Positions 44,851 to 54,372 of a stretch of 64,000 nucleotides of DNA are shown one piece after another; positions within the stretch are counted from its first letter, which is position 1; each line of letters begins with the position of its first letter. The notes beneath the pieces are model-generated. The model worked only from the letters and a program-made list of their open reading frames with translations, searched no databases and had not been told where the DNA came from. Source of the DNA: Gammaproteobacteria bacterium. Its GTDB lineage: Bacteria; Pseudomonadota; Gammaproteobacteria; Steroidobacterales; Steroidobacteraceae. The stretch is taken from NCBI GenBank assembly GCA_030037905.1, contig JASHPX010000117.1, forward strand, positions 108 to 64,107, in the 5' to 3' direction. The translations under genes and the position numbers were made by a program.

Positions 44851-44905
44851 GGTGCCAGGGCCGGTGCGGGTGCCCGGGCCGGCGCGGATGCCAGGGCCGG
44901 CGTCG
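44851..44905. repeat. Imperfect 18-bp tandem repeat x3 in a convergent intergenic region
   Basis: ggtgccagggccggtgcg / ggtgcccgggccggcgcg / gatgccagggccggcgtcg, read directly. Confidence 0.7.
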
Positions 44906-44935
44906 GGGCCGCCCCGGTCGGGTCCATCGGATTGC

Positions 44936-45826
44936 CTACTTGGAAGCAGCGGAGCCGGTCGGTTTGACCGAATCGTCGACGCGCTGCGCTGCCTCGTCGC
45001 CTTCCCGGGTGCCCGGCAGATTCTGGTTCAGATTCGGCGGGCACTCGACCTCCGGAATGTCGCTGTAATCCTCGCGCATCCAGCGCTTGGTACTGCGCCA
45101 TTCACCCTTCCAGTTCTTTGGATCGGTCATGATGTATTCGATCTGCAGCGTCTTGCCCTGGTCCAGCAGAGTCATTCTCTCCACGATGTGGAACTGGTCG
45201 CTGATCGGCAGGCCGTTGTCGATCCAATGCTGATTCGGCTCGAAGTACTTGGTGTCCACCACCAGGGTGTGGCCCTCCCAGTGGCCGATGGATTCGCCGT
45301 TATAGGTCGGGATGGCCAGATCCGGGTCGGTATGCGGCCGGCCATCCAGGTAGATGAGCCGCAGGCTGTTCGTGAAGCCGAACACCATCTCGACCACGGT
45401 GGGTAGCTGAATGATGTTGATGGGCCAGACCCGTGTCATGATCATCGGCATGCCGGCCGGATAGCATTCGGCGATGCTGTCGCGGTACGGCTCGTGGGCC
45501 TTGGCCGCCGCCGTGGCCGCCCGCATGGCCGCCTGTCCGGCGGCGTAGAACTGCGGATAGGGCGGCCCGAACATGAAGTCGCTGAACGATCTGCGCAAAT
45601 CGATGAACCAGGTGCCGGTCATGTTGAACGGAGGCTTGGGTCGGGGCTTCGCCAGATTCTCCGGTGCGAGCGCGCCGTAATAACCGTCGTGCTTCTGCGC
45701 CAGCTCGTCTATCTTGTCCGGGCTGAGGCCCCCCCCTCGAGGGGCCTGGGCCATGGCGGTTCCGCCGAGCACCACCAAACCCAGCGCCAAGGCGCTGACG
45801 AGACTACCGCGACCCGATGAAGTCAT
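44936..45826 (-). CDS. Secreted protein of unknown function (paralog 2)
   Basis: 296 aa with a signal peptide. ECYPAGMPMIM...NGESIGHWEGHTLVVDT...EVECPPN aligns with paralog 1. Last gene of a three-gene minus-strand unit. Confidence 0.6.
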   Translation of the reverse strand: MTSSGRGSLVSALALGLVVLGGTAMAQAPRGGGLSPDKIDELAQKHDGYYGALAPENLAKPRPKPPFNMTGTWFIDLRRSFSDFMFGPPYPQFYAAGQAAMRAATAAAKAHEPYRDSIAECYPAGMPMIMTRVWPINIIQLPTVVEMVFGFTNSLRLIYLDGRPHTDPDLAIPTYNGESIGHWEGHTLVVDTKYFEPNQHWIDNGLPISDQFHIVERMTLLDQGKTLQIEYIMTDPKNWKGEWRSTKRWMREDYSDIPEVECPPNLNQNLPGTREGDEAAQRVDDSVKPTGSAASK

Positions 45827-45888
45827 GGCGTTCCCCCGAACAACAAATACGGCCGTCTACCAGGGTACTACCGCGGCCTGAGCGCGGG

Positions 45889-46278
45889 TCACTGCGGGGG
45901 CCCCGGCGCCGGCTTGCCCAGAGTTTTGCCGTTCGCCAGTATGATCCCGACATACGAGCCGCCTGCCCGCCCGTCGCGCAGCGGCAGCATGGTCACAGTC
46001 ACCTTGTCGCCCAGCTTGAGGGTGAAGCGCCGCCAGCCTTCGTGAATGAGATTATTCGGGCTGCCCATTTCCACCGACCAGATCTCGGTGGCCCCCGCGG
46101 CGTTCACGGTGCTCACCTTGAAGCTGGCGTGCGGGTTCGTCCAATTGAATTCGGTGACCGTACCGGTGACGTTGATGTGCTTGGTCGTGTCGAACATCGC
46201 GTAGGAGTGATGTACCCACGCCGGCGTCGAGAACGAGGCCAGTATCAGGCCGCACGCCGTGATCACCAGAGCTTTCAT
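45889..46278 (-). CDS. Small secreted protein; predicted mature N-terminus HHSYAMFD (DUF6152-like by recollection)
   Basis: 129 aa from ATG 46278, with GGAG upstream. Signal peptide MKALVITACGLILASFSTPAWV, then HHSYAMFD...FNWTNPH. Paralog of the next gene. Confidence 0.6.
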   Translation of the reverse strand: MKALVITACGLILASFSTPAWVHHSYAMFDTTKHINVTGTVTEFNWTNPHASFKVSTVNAAGATEIWSVEMGSPNNLIHEGWRRFTLKLGDKVTVTMLPLRDGRAGGSYVGIILANGKTLGKPAPGPPQ

Positions 46279-46334
46279 GGCACTACTCCTCGGCGCGAGC
46301 CTCATCCGGGTCCCTACCTGCCGCTCCCGGGGCG

Positions 46335-46739
46335 CTACTTCACCACGGGCACATTGATCGGGGCGTTGCCGCGGCGGGTCGGATCCAGGATCATCGAACC
46401 GTCGGGCAGCTTGACGCTGACGAACAGGCCACCCTTGCGGCCGTCCCGCAACGGATTGATGACGACGGTGACCTGGTCCCCCGGCTTCAATGTCCGCGAC
46501 CTCCAGCCCTGACGCCGCAGATTGTTGACGCTGTTCATCTCGATCTGCCAGGTTTGGACGCCGCCGTCGGAGCGGCGCACGTCCAGGAAGATCCAGGAGT
46601 GGGGATTGGTCCACTGAAACTGGAGGACGGTGCCCTGCAGGGAAAGCTGCCGCGCCTGGTCGAACATTGCAAAGGAGTGATGTGCCACGGCGGCGTTTGC
46701 CAGAGCCAGAGCCAGCAGCCCGGCTGCGCACCCGCCCAT
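46335..46739 (-). CDS. Small secreted protein; predicted mature N-terminus HHSFAMFD (paralog)
   Basis: 134 aa from ATG 46739 (ATG 46799 is also possible). Signal peptide ...LLALALANAAVA, then HHSFAMFD...FQWTNPH. Confidence 0.55.
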   Translation of the reverse strand: MGGCAAGLLALALANAAVAHHSFAMFDQARQLSLQGTVLQFQWTNPHSWIFLDVRRSDGGVQTWQIEMNSVNNLRRQGWRSRTLKPGDQVTVVINPLRDGRKGGLFVSVKLPDGSMILDPTRRGNAPINVPVVK

Positions 46740-47104
46740 GAGCCGTATCTTCGGCGCAAGCCTCCGGGGCGCTTCATCCTTGGGGGGACCTAACCGCATT
46801 GCCGAAGTCCGTGTGGCCTGATGGATCGATCTGACTACTGCCATTTTTGATTATGCTCGCTTTTTTCTTTCATCGCGCGGCTGCGCGACCGTCCCGGGCA
46901 CGGGGGGCCGCGCCTGAAGTATGCCGCCCACGTGGGGGAAAGTCTCATGCGGGGCCAACGGGTTAGGTGTGGGCAGGGCATGTCGATGTCCGGCGCACGA
47001 CGTATCATCATGCATGCGGCTCGCCGCCGTCTGCTGTGGGTTTTCGTGTCTATGCGTCATTGCCGAGCGGGGCGGCGCGTGAAAGTCGCCATAGGAGACT
47101 GCTG

Positions 47105-47650
47105 ATGAAGACCCTGCCTAAAGCTGGTGTTGCCGCCCTCTTGGGTTTTCTCCTCGTCAATTCTGCACTGCCCGCGACCGCCGCCAATACCGTGGACGTC
47201 CTGACTCACAGCGGGCCGATCACGACATCCATCCCGCTGCCAGATCCAACTCATATTCCAATCGTGTTCGGCAAGGATATCAAATGGAAAAACGGGGAGG
47301 GGGAATCGCTCTTGTTCGGAGATCCCAATAAACCCGGAATTTACGGCGTCCTGATCAAATGGTTACCGGGTCATAACAGCAAGCCACATTTTCATTCCAC
47401 GGACCGCTACATCTATGTCGTCTCCGGCACCTGGTGGGTCAGCTCGAGCACGACCTATGATAAGAGCAGAATGTATCCGATTCCCGCCGGCAGCTTCGTC
47501 ACCGATATCGCCAATACCGTCCATTGGGATGGTGCTAAAAAGAGCACGGGCCCCTGTCTTCTCATGCTGGTGGGTGAAGGCCCCATGCACACGACTCAAT
47601 TGGTGCAGTCCGATCCGAAGAGTCCGGTATTCACGATGCCCAGGAAGTAG
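47105..47650 (+). CDS. Secreted cupin-domain protein
   Basis: 181 aa from ATG 47105 with a signal peptide. Cupin motif KPHFHSTDRYIYVVSGTWWV ... VHWDG. The gene is visibly AT-richer than its surroundings. Confidence 0.6.
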   Translation: MKTLPKAGVAALLGFLLVNSALPATAANTVDVLTHSGPITTSIPLPDPTHIPIVFGKDIKWKNGEGESLLFGDPNKPGIYGVLIKWLPGHNSKPHFHSTDRYIYVVSGTWWVSSSTTYDKSRMYPIPAGSFVTDIANTVHWDGAKKSTGPCLLMLVGEGPMHTTQLVQSDPKSPVFTMPRK

Positions 47651-47977
47651 CCGCGCGGCCGACGGGTCGAAGACGAGCCGGGTCGAATCCAACTGGGTGA
47701 GCCAGTTCCCGAGTCGGCGAACTGGCGACACCAGCCCGCGGGGGGCGCGGGACGGCTGGGACGGGGCAGGGCGGTTGAAATTTGCCGTCCGCGATTGACC
47801 TCGAGCCATTTGTCCGCTTTCATGGCGGTCTCCGATCTGGCCCGATCGCGACGGCCAAGTGCCAGCCGCAGGGCCCCGGTGCGTATCCGAGCACGCACGA
47901 CCGGGTTGCGAGGTTGCATCGCCCGGCCGGCGATGAACAATAGCGTCATCGCGTTCTTCGTCCACGAGGATTCGAAT

Positions 47978-49294
47978 ATGCCGAGCGGCAGCACCAATGT
48001 GACCAGCGGGAACGCATCAGACGCTGCGGCACGGCGGACCGGCCGGAGGGAAATGCCGCCGGCCTGGATCATCGGCATGGCGATTCTCCCGTTCGGATTG
48101 GTCGCTGGCTTTACCACCACTGCCTTGCCCTTTTTGCTCACCCATCTCGGAATTGCGCTTTACAGGGTCTCCACCATAAGCGCGATCGTGATGTCTCCGA
48201 CATTCCTGGGGTTCGTGCTGCAGCCGCTGATGGACACCGGGCTCACCCGGCGATCGCATTCCTGGTTGACGGCAGCGGTCTCGGCGATCTGCCTGGCTGT
48301 GGGGCTGACCGTCCTGTCCGCAGCGCATCTGAAAATCACCACGGCGCTGTTATTCGTGGGCGAGCTTTCCGTCGTGCTGTATTCCGGCGCAGTGGGTGGC
48401 TGGACTGCGCAGATCACGCCGGACAGGATGCGCGGCTCGGTGAGCGGCTGGACGAACGTCGCGAATCTTGGCGGCGGCGCGCTGGGTTCGCTGCTGGTGA
48501 TGTCGCTGGTGCCGCACGTTGCGCTGCATTGGCTTGGTATGGGATTGGGCGCAGCCATTGCTCTGGGCGCTGCTCCGATGCTGCTCTTTCCCCAGCCGGT
48601 GCGTTCCGCCTTCCGCTTGCGGCAGGTCGCCACAGACGCCATCGTGACCACGTGGCGCGCCTGCAAAACGCAAGGCGTGCGCACCGGCTTCATCCTGTTC
48701 CTGATGCCCGCCAGCGCCGCAGCGGCCATTAACCTTTTTGCGGGCCTGGGCAAGGACTTCCACACCGCCGAATCCACGGTCGTATGGGTAACGGGAGCGG
48801 GTTGCGCGATCACTACTTCGGTCGGCGCGCTGCTGGGCGGCTACGCCGCGAACCGCGTGTCTCGCGGACGCTTGTACCTGGGCGCGGGCCTGGTCACCGG
48901 CTTTGTCGCACTGGCGATGGCCTTCGCTCCGCACGGTCCGCCGAGCTTTATTCTCGGCGTACTGGCTTACAACGGCATCGCCGGTGTTGCATATGCCGCC
49001 TTCAATGCGTTCGGCTTCGAATTGGTGGGGCAAAAGAGCGCCGTCGCCAGCACGCAGCTCGGACTATTCTCCGCGTCCACCAACCTGGCGATCGTATATA
49101 TGACGTTCTTTGACGGGCACGCCTCGAAGTATTTTGGCGTTACTGGATTGCTGCTGACCGACGGCCTTGCCAGCATGATCTCGGCAATCGCGTTGCTGAT
49201 TCTCTTGCGCAAACTGCTAACGCGGCCTGTTGGAGACGACCCGGAAATCAGAGTCATTGGCCGCCTGGAATCTCCCGTCGAGCCCGCCAGCTGA
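47978..49294 (+). CDS. MFS-type transporter
   Basis: 438 aa from ATG 47978, with GAGGA 7 nt upstream. About 12 hydrophobic segments. The subfamily cannot be resolved by eye. Confidence 0.65.
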   Translation: MPSGSTNVTSGNASDAAARRTGRREMPPAWIIGMAILPFGLVAGFTTTALPFLLTHLGIALYRVSTISAIVMSPTFLGFVLQPLMDTGLTRRSHSWLTAAVSAICLAVGLTVLSAAHLKITTALLFVGELSVVLYSGAVGGWTAQITPDRMRGSVSGWTNVANLGGGALGSLLVMSLVPHVALHWLGMGLGAAIALGAAPMLLFPQPVRSAFRLRQVATDAIVTTWRACKTQGVRTGFILFLMPASAAAAINLFAGLGKDFHTAESTVVWVTGAGCAITTSVGALLGGYAANRVSRGRLYLGAGLVTGFVALAMAFAPHGPPSFILGVLAYNGIAGVAYAAFNAFGFELVGQKSAVASTQLGLFSASTNLAIVYMTFFDGHASKYFGVTGLLLTDGLASMISAIALLILLRKLLTRPVGDDPEIRVIGRLESPVEPAS

Positions 49295-51220
49295 GCGCTT
49301 GCGAGCTGCCGTGTCGCGAGCTTGCTTCAGCGCGGCCCAGTTCGGTGCGTACTTCAGCGCCTCGTCGTACTTCTCGAGCGCTTGTTTGAAGCGGCCCTGC
49401 TTCGCGAGCACATCACCCCAGGCCTCGAGCGGATCAGCCCAGTGAGGGCCGCGTTGGTTGGCGGCCTGCAGTTTCGAGAGGGCGCCGGCGAGATCGCCGT
49501 GGCGCGCGAGCGCGATGCCCCAGGAGTAGTAGCCGGCGGGTAGGTCTGGAGCGAGGGCGACGGCGGCGGCGTAGGCCTGCTGCGCACCCACCCAGTTCCC
49601 GCGATGATCGAGGATGTCGCCGCGGAAGCGCTGGCAGTCGACGAAGTGCGCGGCGGCGGGGTCCGCAAGGATCGCATCGGCCCGATCCGGGTGGCCGGCC
49701 GCCTCCTCGACCGGGGCGATCTGGCACATCCGGTCCCGAAGGAAGAGCGTGACTACCGGGTTCGCCAGAGCCACGCGGACCGCTTCCATTTCCGTCTCCG
49801 CCTGGCTCACATCGCCAATCTCCTCCGCCCATAGGCCTCGTGCGATGTGCGCGCTGGCGGAAGCCACGAGACTGCTAAAGGTCGATGGTATGGTCGGGTC
49901 CGCTGGCACGGTCTGGAGCGCTAGCGCCGCGGCGGCAGGATCGTGGAGTTGAACGTCGGTTATTGCGGTGTTCAGGCCGTTGGGGTTGCCCGTCTCCGCA
50001 GCGGCGATCTCTGTCCTCAACTCTGCCGGCAGATTCCAGGTCAACTCATCAAATGGCTCGAGATACTCCGCTACGTTCGATGGGCGGCCACCGGCGGCCT
50101 GGATCAATGCCTCTCCCACGCGCCAAGCGCTTTCCTCTTCTCCTAGCGCCATGAGCCTTTCTGCCTGATTGTGGTAGCCCAACCAGAAATCCGGTCTCAG
50201 CTTGACCGCCTCCTGGTACTTCTCGAGAGCGTCGCGCGACGAGGCAGTGGAAGGATCTATTGCCATCTCGCAACCGCCCCAGAGATTGAGAAGGAGTGCG
50301 CGCTCCCGATCGTCGGCGCTGGCGTACACCGATCTGACGAAGGCGATCGCGTCCGGGCAGCGGCCGGACTCTCCAAGATAAGCGCCCCAAAGGTAAGGCT
50401 GAAAGCCGGCATAGAGGTACTGAGCCGCGTCCACCACGAGCTTTTGATACTCATCGGCGCCGCCGGTGAAGGTCTTGGGAACGACACCGTCGCCGCGCAC
50501 GCTGAGCGCGAGCCCACCCGATGCGGTCTCCACCAGCTCGCCACCAATGTGCAGGTCGTGTCCGAACCGGGCCCTCAGAAGTCGCGAGATCTCGCCGAGT
50601 GAGATTCCCGTCTCGGGCACGTCGACCTTGACCTGGCTCGACCAGGCGTTCGTGAGGCTGCGCTTCTCGTTGACAAGAGCGGTTCGCGTCGCGTCCTGCA
50701 GGCGCGTGAGCTCATCCAGCACGTCGCTCGCGACCACGGTCCCGGTCACCCCTCGGGCCGCGAGCGCTGCGGGAGCCTCGAAGGCATCGATGACGACGCT
50801 GTGCGAAGTGAAGGCATCGTGCAGCATCACCGCGATACCGATGCCGATGACGATCACGACCAGCGCGATGACGACCTGGAAGGCGAGACGGATGCCCTGT
50901 CCCAGGCGCTGTCCGAGGAGCAGATGAGACTGGTGCGCCAGATGAGCCAGGCGCAGCGCATGCTCGTCGCTCAAGTGCTCCTTCTGCACCTTCAAGAGCT
51001 GCGTCTGCTCTTTCAGGAAGGCCGACGTGTCGCGGGCAACCTCGGGGTCACTGGTTGACAGCCGGGCGGCAACCGCCGCCGCAAACGCTTCGGAACCGGC
51101 CAACGCCTCGGGAGCTTCAATCTCGGGCTTCTCGTCCTCTTCTCCCAGGACTCCACCGAGCAGACCTTCCGCCATCGCGCCCCCTACTGCCGCACCAGCG
51201 AATTCTACGCCGCGACGCAA
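49217..51220 (-). CDS. Membrane-anchored TPR-repeat protein
   Basis: One TM (FQVVIALVVIVIGIGIAVML). The C-terminal third has TPR-like repeats (...AYAAAVALAPDLPAGYYSWGIALARHGDLAGALSKLQAA...). The start is TTG 51220 or ATG 51175. The 3' end overlaps the MFS gene by 78 nt, convergently. Confidence 0.55.
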   Translation of the reverse strand: MRRGVEFAGAAVGGAMAEGLLGGVLGEEDEKPEIEAPEALAGSEAFAAAVAARLSTSDPEVARDTSAFLKEQTQLLKVQKEHLSDEHALRLAHLAHQSHLLLGQRLGQGIRLAFQVVIALVVIVIGIGIAVMLHDAFTSHSVVIDAFEAPAALAARGVTGTVVASDVLDELTRLQDATRTALVNEKRSLTNAWSSQVKVDVPETGISLGEISRLLRARFGHDLHIGGELVETASGGLALSVRGDGVVPKTFTGGADEYQKLVVDAAQYLYAGFQPYLWGAYLGESGRCPDAIAFVRSVYASADDRERALLLNLWGGCEMAIDPSTASSRDALEKYQEAVKLRPDFWLGYHNQAERLMALGEEESAWRVGEALIQAAGGRPSNVAEYLEPFDELTWNLPAELRTEIAAAETGNPNGLNTAITDVQLHDPAAAALALQTVPADPTIPSTFSSLVASASAHIARGLWAEEIGDVSQAETEMEAVRVALANPVVTLFLRDRMCQIAPVEEAAGHPDRADAILADPAAAHFVDCQRFRGDILDHRGNWVGAQQAYAAAVALAPDLPAGYYSWGIALARHGDLAGALSKLQAANQRGPHWADPLEAWGDVLAKQGRFKQALEKYDEALKYAPNWAALKQARDTAARKRSAGGLDGRFQAANDSDFRVVSNRPR

Positions 51221-51528
51221 TGCGGCCGCGACGAGGACCCCGATTAATATTCACGTACGGATGAAAAGCATGGAATTAGCGCGAGGTCTTCTGCATCCGG
51301 CGCGTCGTCGCAGCGGGGCAGGGGCGAGCAGGGACTGTCGGGGCAGGGGCGCCAGCCAGGGTGGGGGATTCAGCCCGGGCGATTTGCCGGGGGCGGCCCG
51401 CCGGCGCTAGGCTGCTCTCAAAATAAGGCCCATTCGGCGAACCGGCCATGGGCGGGCAGGCGTTTGAAATTCCTATCCGCCCGGCCTTAGTCTCTCAGAA
51501 AACACGTTTTATGGTTGCGGGAGTTGCG

Positions 51529-52323
51529 ATGAAAGCGACCACCCTTGTTTTCGCGCTTGGCGTAAGTGCACTGTTGCCGCTGGCAGCAGCGGCTGCGCAG
51601 CAGCAGGTGAAGGTCGGCTACGCTCCATTCGCCCCGCCTCTTTCGTTCTTGCCTGGTGCCACAGCAGACAACTATCGGACACTCGATCCAAACGGCACTA
51701 CGGCGCAGGGCGCAATGATCGATCTGATGAACGCCATTGCCAAGGACGCAGGGTTTCAGGTCCAGTTCGTCGTGGTACCTGCGTCGGACCAGCTTGCGGG
51801 TCTCAGCACGAATAAAATTGACTTAGCATTGAACGTCATCGTCGAACGAAGCGCAGTCGCAGATTTCACCGATCCGCTGTACAAGGATAGTGAGGCGTTG
51901 CTCGTCAAGAAAAGCGATAGCGAGCGATATACGACCTGGGAAGACCTCAAGGGCGAGGCGATTGTTACCCTAAAGGGGTCACCCTTCGCCAATGCGGCAC
52001 AGAAGAGCGGTATCTTCAAGGAAGTTAAGCTCGTCACCACGGGTGCCGAGGCTGCCCAAGCCGTGCGGGACCCCGAAATCAAGGCAGGGTTCAAGGGCAG
52101 TGCCATCGATACCTTTTATAATCAGCAACACGGTGTTTATGAGCCGGACGTTCAGATGTCGAGGTCTTACCGACCGACATTTATCAGTCAGCGTGGCATA
52201 GGTGCGCGCAAAGGTGACGCACTCCTCAGCAGAGTCAAAACGTCGCTGGCAAAACTCAAGAGGAACGGTACGCTCAAAATGATCTTCACCAAGTACGGTA
52301 TCGATGGAGCTTTGGTGATGTAG
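51529..52323 (+). CDS. Family-3 (amino-acid type) ABC substrate-binding protein, orphan
   Basis: 264 aa from ATG 51529 with a signal peptide. Motifs VKVGYAPFAPPLSF...IDLMNAIAKDAGF...KIDLAL...FTDPLY. No ABC permease or ATPase gene is adjacent. Confidence 0.7.
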   Translation: MKATTLVFALGVSALLPLAAAAAQQQVKVGYAPFAPPLSFLPGATADNYRTLDPNGTTAQGAMIDLMNAIAKDAGFQVQFVVVPASDQLAGLSTNKIDLALNVIVERSAVADFTDPLYKDSEALLVKKSDSERYTTWEDLKGEAIVTLKGSPFANAAQKSGIFKEVKLVTTGAEAAQAVRDPEIKAGFKGSAIDTFYNQQHGVYEPDVQMSRSYRPTFISQRGIGARKGDALLSRVKTSLAKLKRNGTLKMIFTKYGIDGALVM

Positions 52324-52614
52324 AGATAGATCTGAGCCACCGACTCAGTCTTTCAGCATGCTGCCAAGAGCCTGCAGACGGCCCTTGATGTCTCTGCGAC
52401 ACCCGACACCGGCTTAATGGTCGGATTTGCGAGCCATCGTCGCCCGCGAGCGGCGTGTGCTCGCTGAACGCAGCGCCCAGCCCGAAAGGGCGCCGGCTGC
52501 GGCTCCGTCGCGCAAGCGCTGTCCCGCGCAAGTCCGGTCCTTGGCCGCGCCTCGATCATTGCGTCGCGTGACATAGCCCGGTAGCCTCTGAGACCGGCTT
52601 CTGGGAGACCTCCT

Positions 52615-54249
52615 ATGAGAGATGCACTCCGTCAACAGACCCTCGCCGCCTGTGTCTGCTTGATAATCGCGGCAAGCTTCGTCACGGCGCGAGCAGACGC
52701 CGCCACGACACGGCTCACCGCCGACTGTACGTCGCTCGAGGGTTTCACGATTCCAGCCTCTGCCATTGGTCTGCCTACCGGCGGGGCGACCGTCGAGACC
52801 GCGCAGGCCATCGGGGCATCCGAGCCCGGCAATGTCGATGGCGACTTCTGCAAGGTGACCGGAATCATCGCGAACGCTACGGCCTCGAAGGCCGTATTCG
52901 AATTCGAGGTCAATCTACCCGATGCGTGGAATGGCCGTGCGCTGCAGATGGGCGGAGGCGGTTATGACGGCTCGCTCGTGACTGCCCTCGGGCCCTACAC
53001 GCTGCAGCTCCCGGGCGAGGACACACCGCTGAAGCGCGGCTACGTCACCCTCGGCAGCAATGGCGGTCACCGTGGCGGCCCGGGATTCGACGGCAGGTTC
53101 GGCCTCGATGATGAAGCGCTGCTCAACTTTGGCAAGGAGTCGGTAAAGAAGACGCACGACGTTGCCATGGCGATCATCCGCAAGGCGTATGGGCGTGCGC
53201 CGCGGCGATTCTATTTCATCGGCGGATCACAAGGCGGACATGAGGCGCTCGACGCCGCTGCGCGTTACCCCGACGACTACGACGGCGTCGTCGCGGATTT
53301 CCCCGCGTACAACGTGACCCTGCTGCACCTGGGCTCGTGGAATTTCGGTCGCGCGCTGTATGCAGACCACGGGGCCGGTTGGATGGACGCGGCGCACGTC
53401 AAGCTGCTCACGGACGCCGTGATGGCCAAATGCGACGGGCTCGACGGTGTGAAGGATGGGATCATCAGCAACGTGGCCGCCTGCGATGCGGCGTTCGATG
53501 TGAAGACGCTGCGCTGTCCGGACGGGGGTACGGGGGCAAGCTGCTTGTCCGATGCGCAGCTGAAGGCGGTCGAAACGATCACCTCCGATTACAGCCCGGG
53601 TTTCAGCATCGCGGGGATGAGCACATTCCCGAAGTGGGCGCTGCTCGAAGGGTCCAGGTTCTCCGGCCCCTCGAACTTTGGGACGGTCTCTCAGCCCTCG
53701 AATCCGCTCTCCGGAAAGGAGCCGCTGCTCTATCGCGCGGGCGATGCAACGATCAAGTACATCATTACGCGCGATCCCAGCTTCGACACGCTGCACTTCG
53801 ACCCGAAACAGTACCGGGAGCGGATCGCCACCGTCGCGTCAATCATGGACGTGACCGACCAGAGCCTGGATCGATTTTGGGCGAAGGGCGGGAAGATCAT
53901 CATGACGCACGGCACCGTGGACGAGCTCATTACGCCGTACAACTCGATCGCCTACTACAAACGCCAACTCGCGCATTTCGGTCAGAAGCGACTCCATGGC
54001 TTCCTGCGCTTCTACGTCATCCCTGGGTTCAGTCACGGCTTTGGCGCATTCAACGCGAGGTTCGACGCCCTGCCGGCGCTCGAGCAATGGGTCGAGAGCG
54101 GCAAGGCTCCCGCGGGTCTGATCGCGACCGACGCCAATTCGGGTGCGCACAGGGCCCGGCCGCTCTGTGAATACCCGACGTACCCCAAATTCACCGGCGC
54201 GCCCGGCACCGCAGACTCTGCGGGCAGTTTTACCTGTACCCATGAATAG
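52615..54249 (+). CDS. Tannase/feruloyl-esterase family alpha/beta hydrolase
   Basis: 544 aa with a signal peptide. Blocks FEVNLPDAWNGRALQMGGGGYDG, YFIGGSQGGHEAL (nucleophile elbow GxSxG) and paired Cys residues are typical of the family. Confidence 0.75.
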   Translation: MRDALRQQTLAACVCLIIAASFVTARADAATTRLTADCTSLEGFTIPASAIGLPTGGATVETAQAIGASEPGNVDGDFCKVTGIIANATASKAVFEFEVNLPDAWNGRALQMGGGGYDGSLVTALGPYTLQLPGEDTPLKRGYVTLGSNGGHRGGPGFDGRFGLDDEALLNFGKESVKKTHDVAMAIIRKAYGRAPRRFYFIGGSQGGHEALDAAARYPDDYDGVVADFPAYNVTLLHLGSWNFGRALYADHGAGWMDAAHVKLLTDAVMAKCDGLDGVKDGIISNVAACDAAFDVKTLRCPDGGTGASCLSDAQLKAVETITSDYSPGFSIAGMSTFPKWALLEGSRFSGPSNFGTVSQPSNPLSGKEPLLYRAGDATIKYIITRDPSFDTLHFDPKQYRERIATVASIMDVTDQSLDRFWAKGGKIIMTHGTVDELITPYNSIAYYKRQLAHFGQKRLHGFLRFYVIPGFSHGFGAFNARFDALPALEQWVESGKAPAGLIATDANSGAHRARPLCEYPTYPKFTGAPGTADSAGSFTCTHE

Positions 54250-54372
54250 TGTCTCGCCGGCGCTTCCTGCACCCCAAGCAGTGACAGTCGTTGCCCGACT
54301 TCGCGGATCAACGCCGTCGTGTAGGTGAATCCCCGGCTGGGTGGCCGGCGCGCGACCAAATGGCCTTGGAGC

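Noticed and set aside
52332-52354. A weak hairpin, ctgag-ccaccga-ctcag followed by tctttc, after the SBP gene, considered as a terminator.
   Set aside because: The stem is only 5 bp and the T-tract is poor, so this is not convincing.
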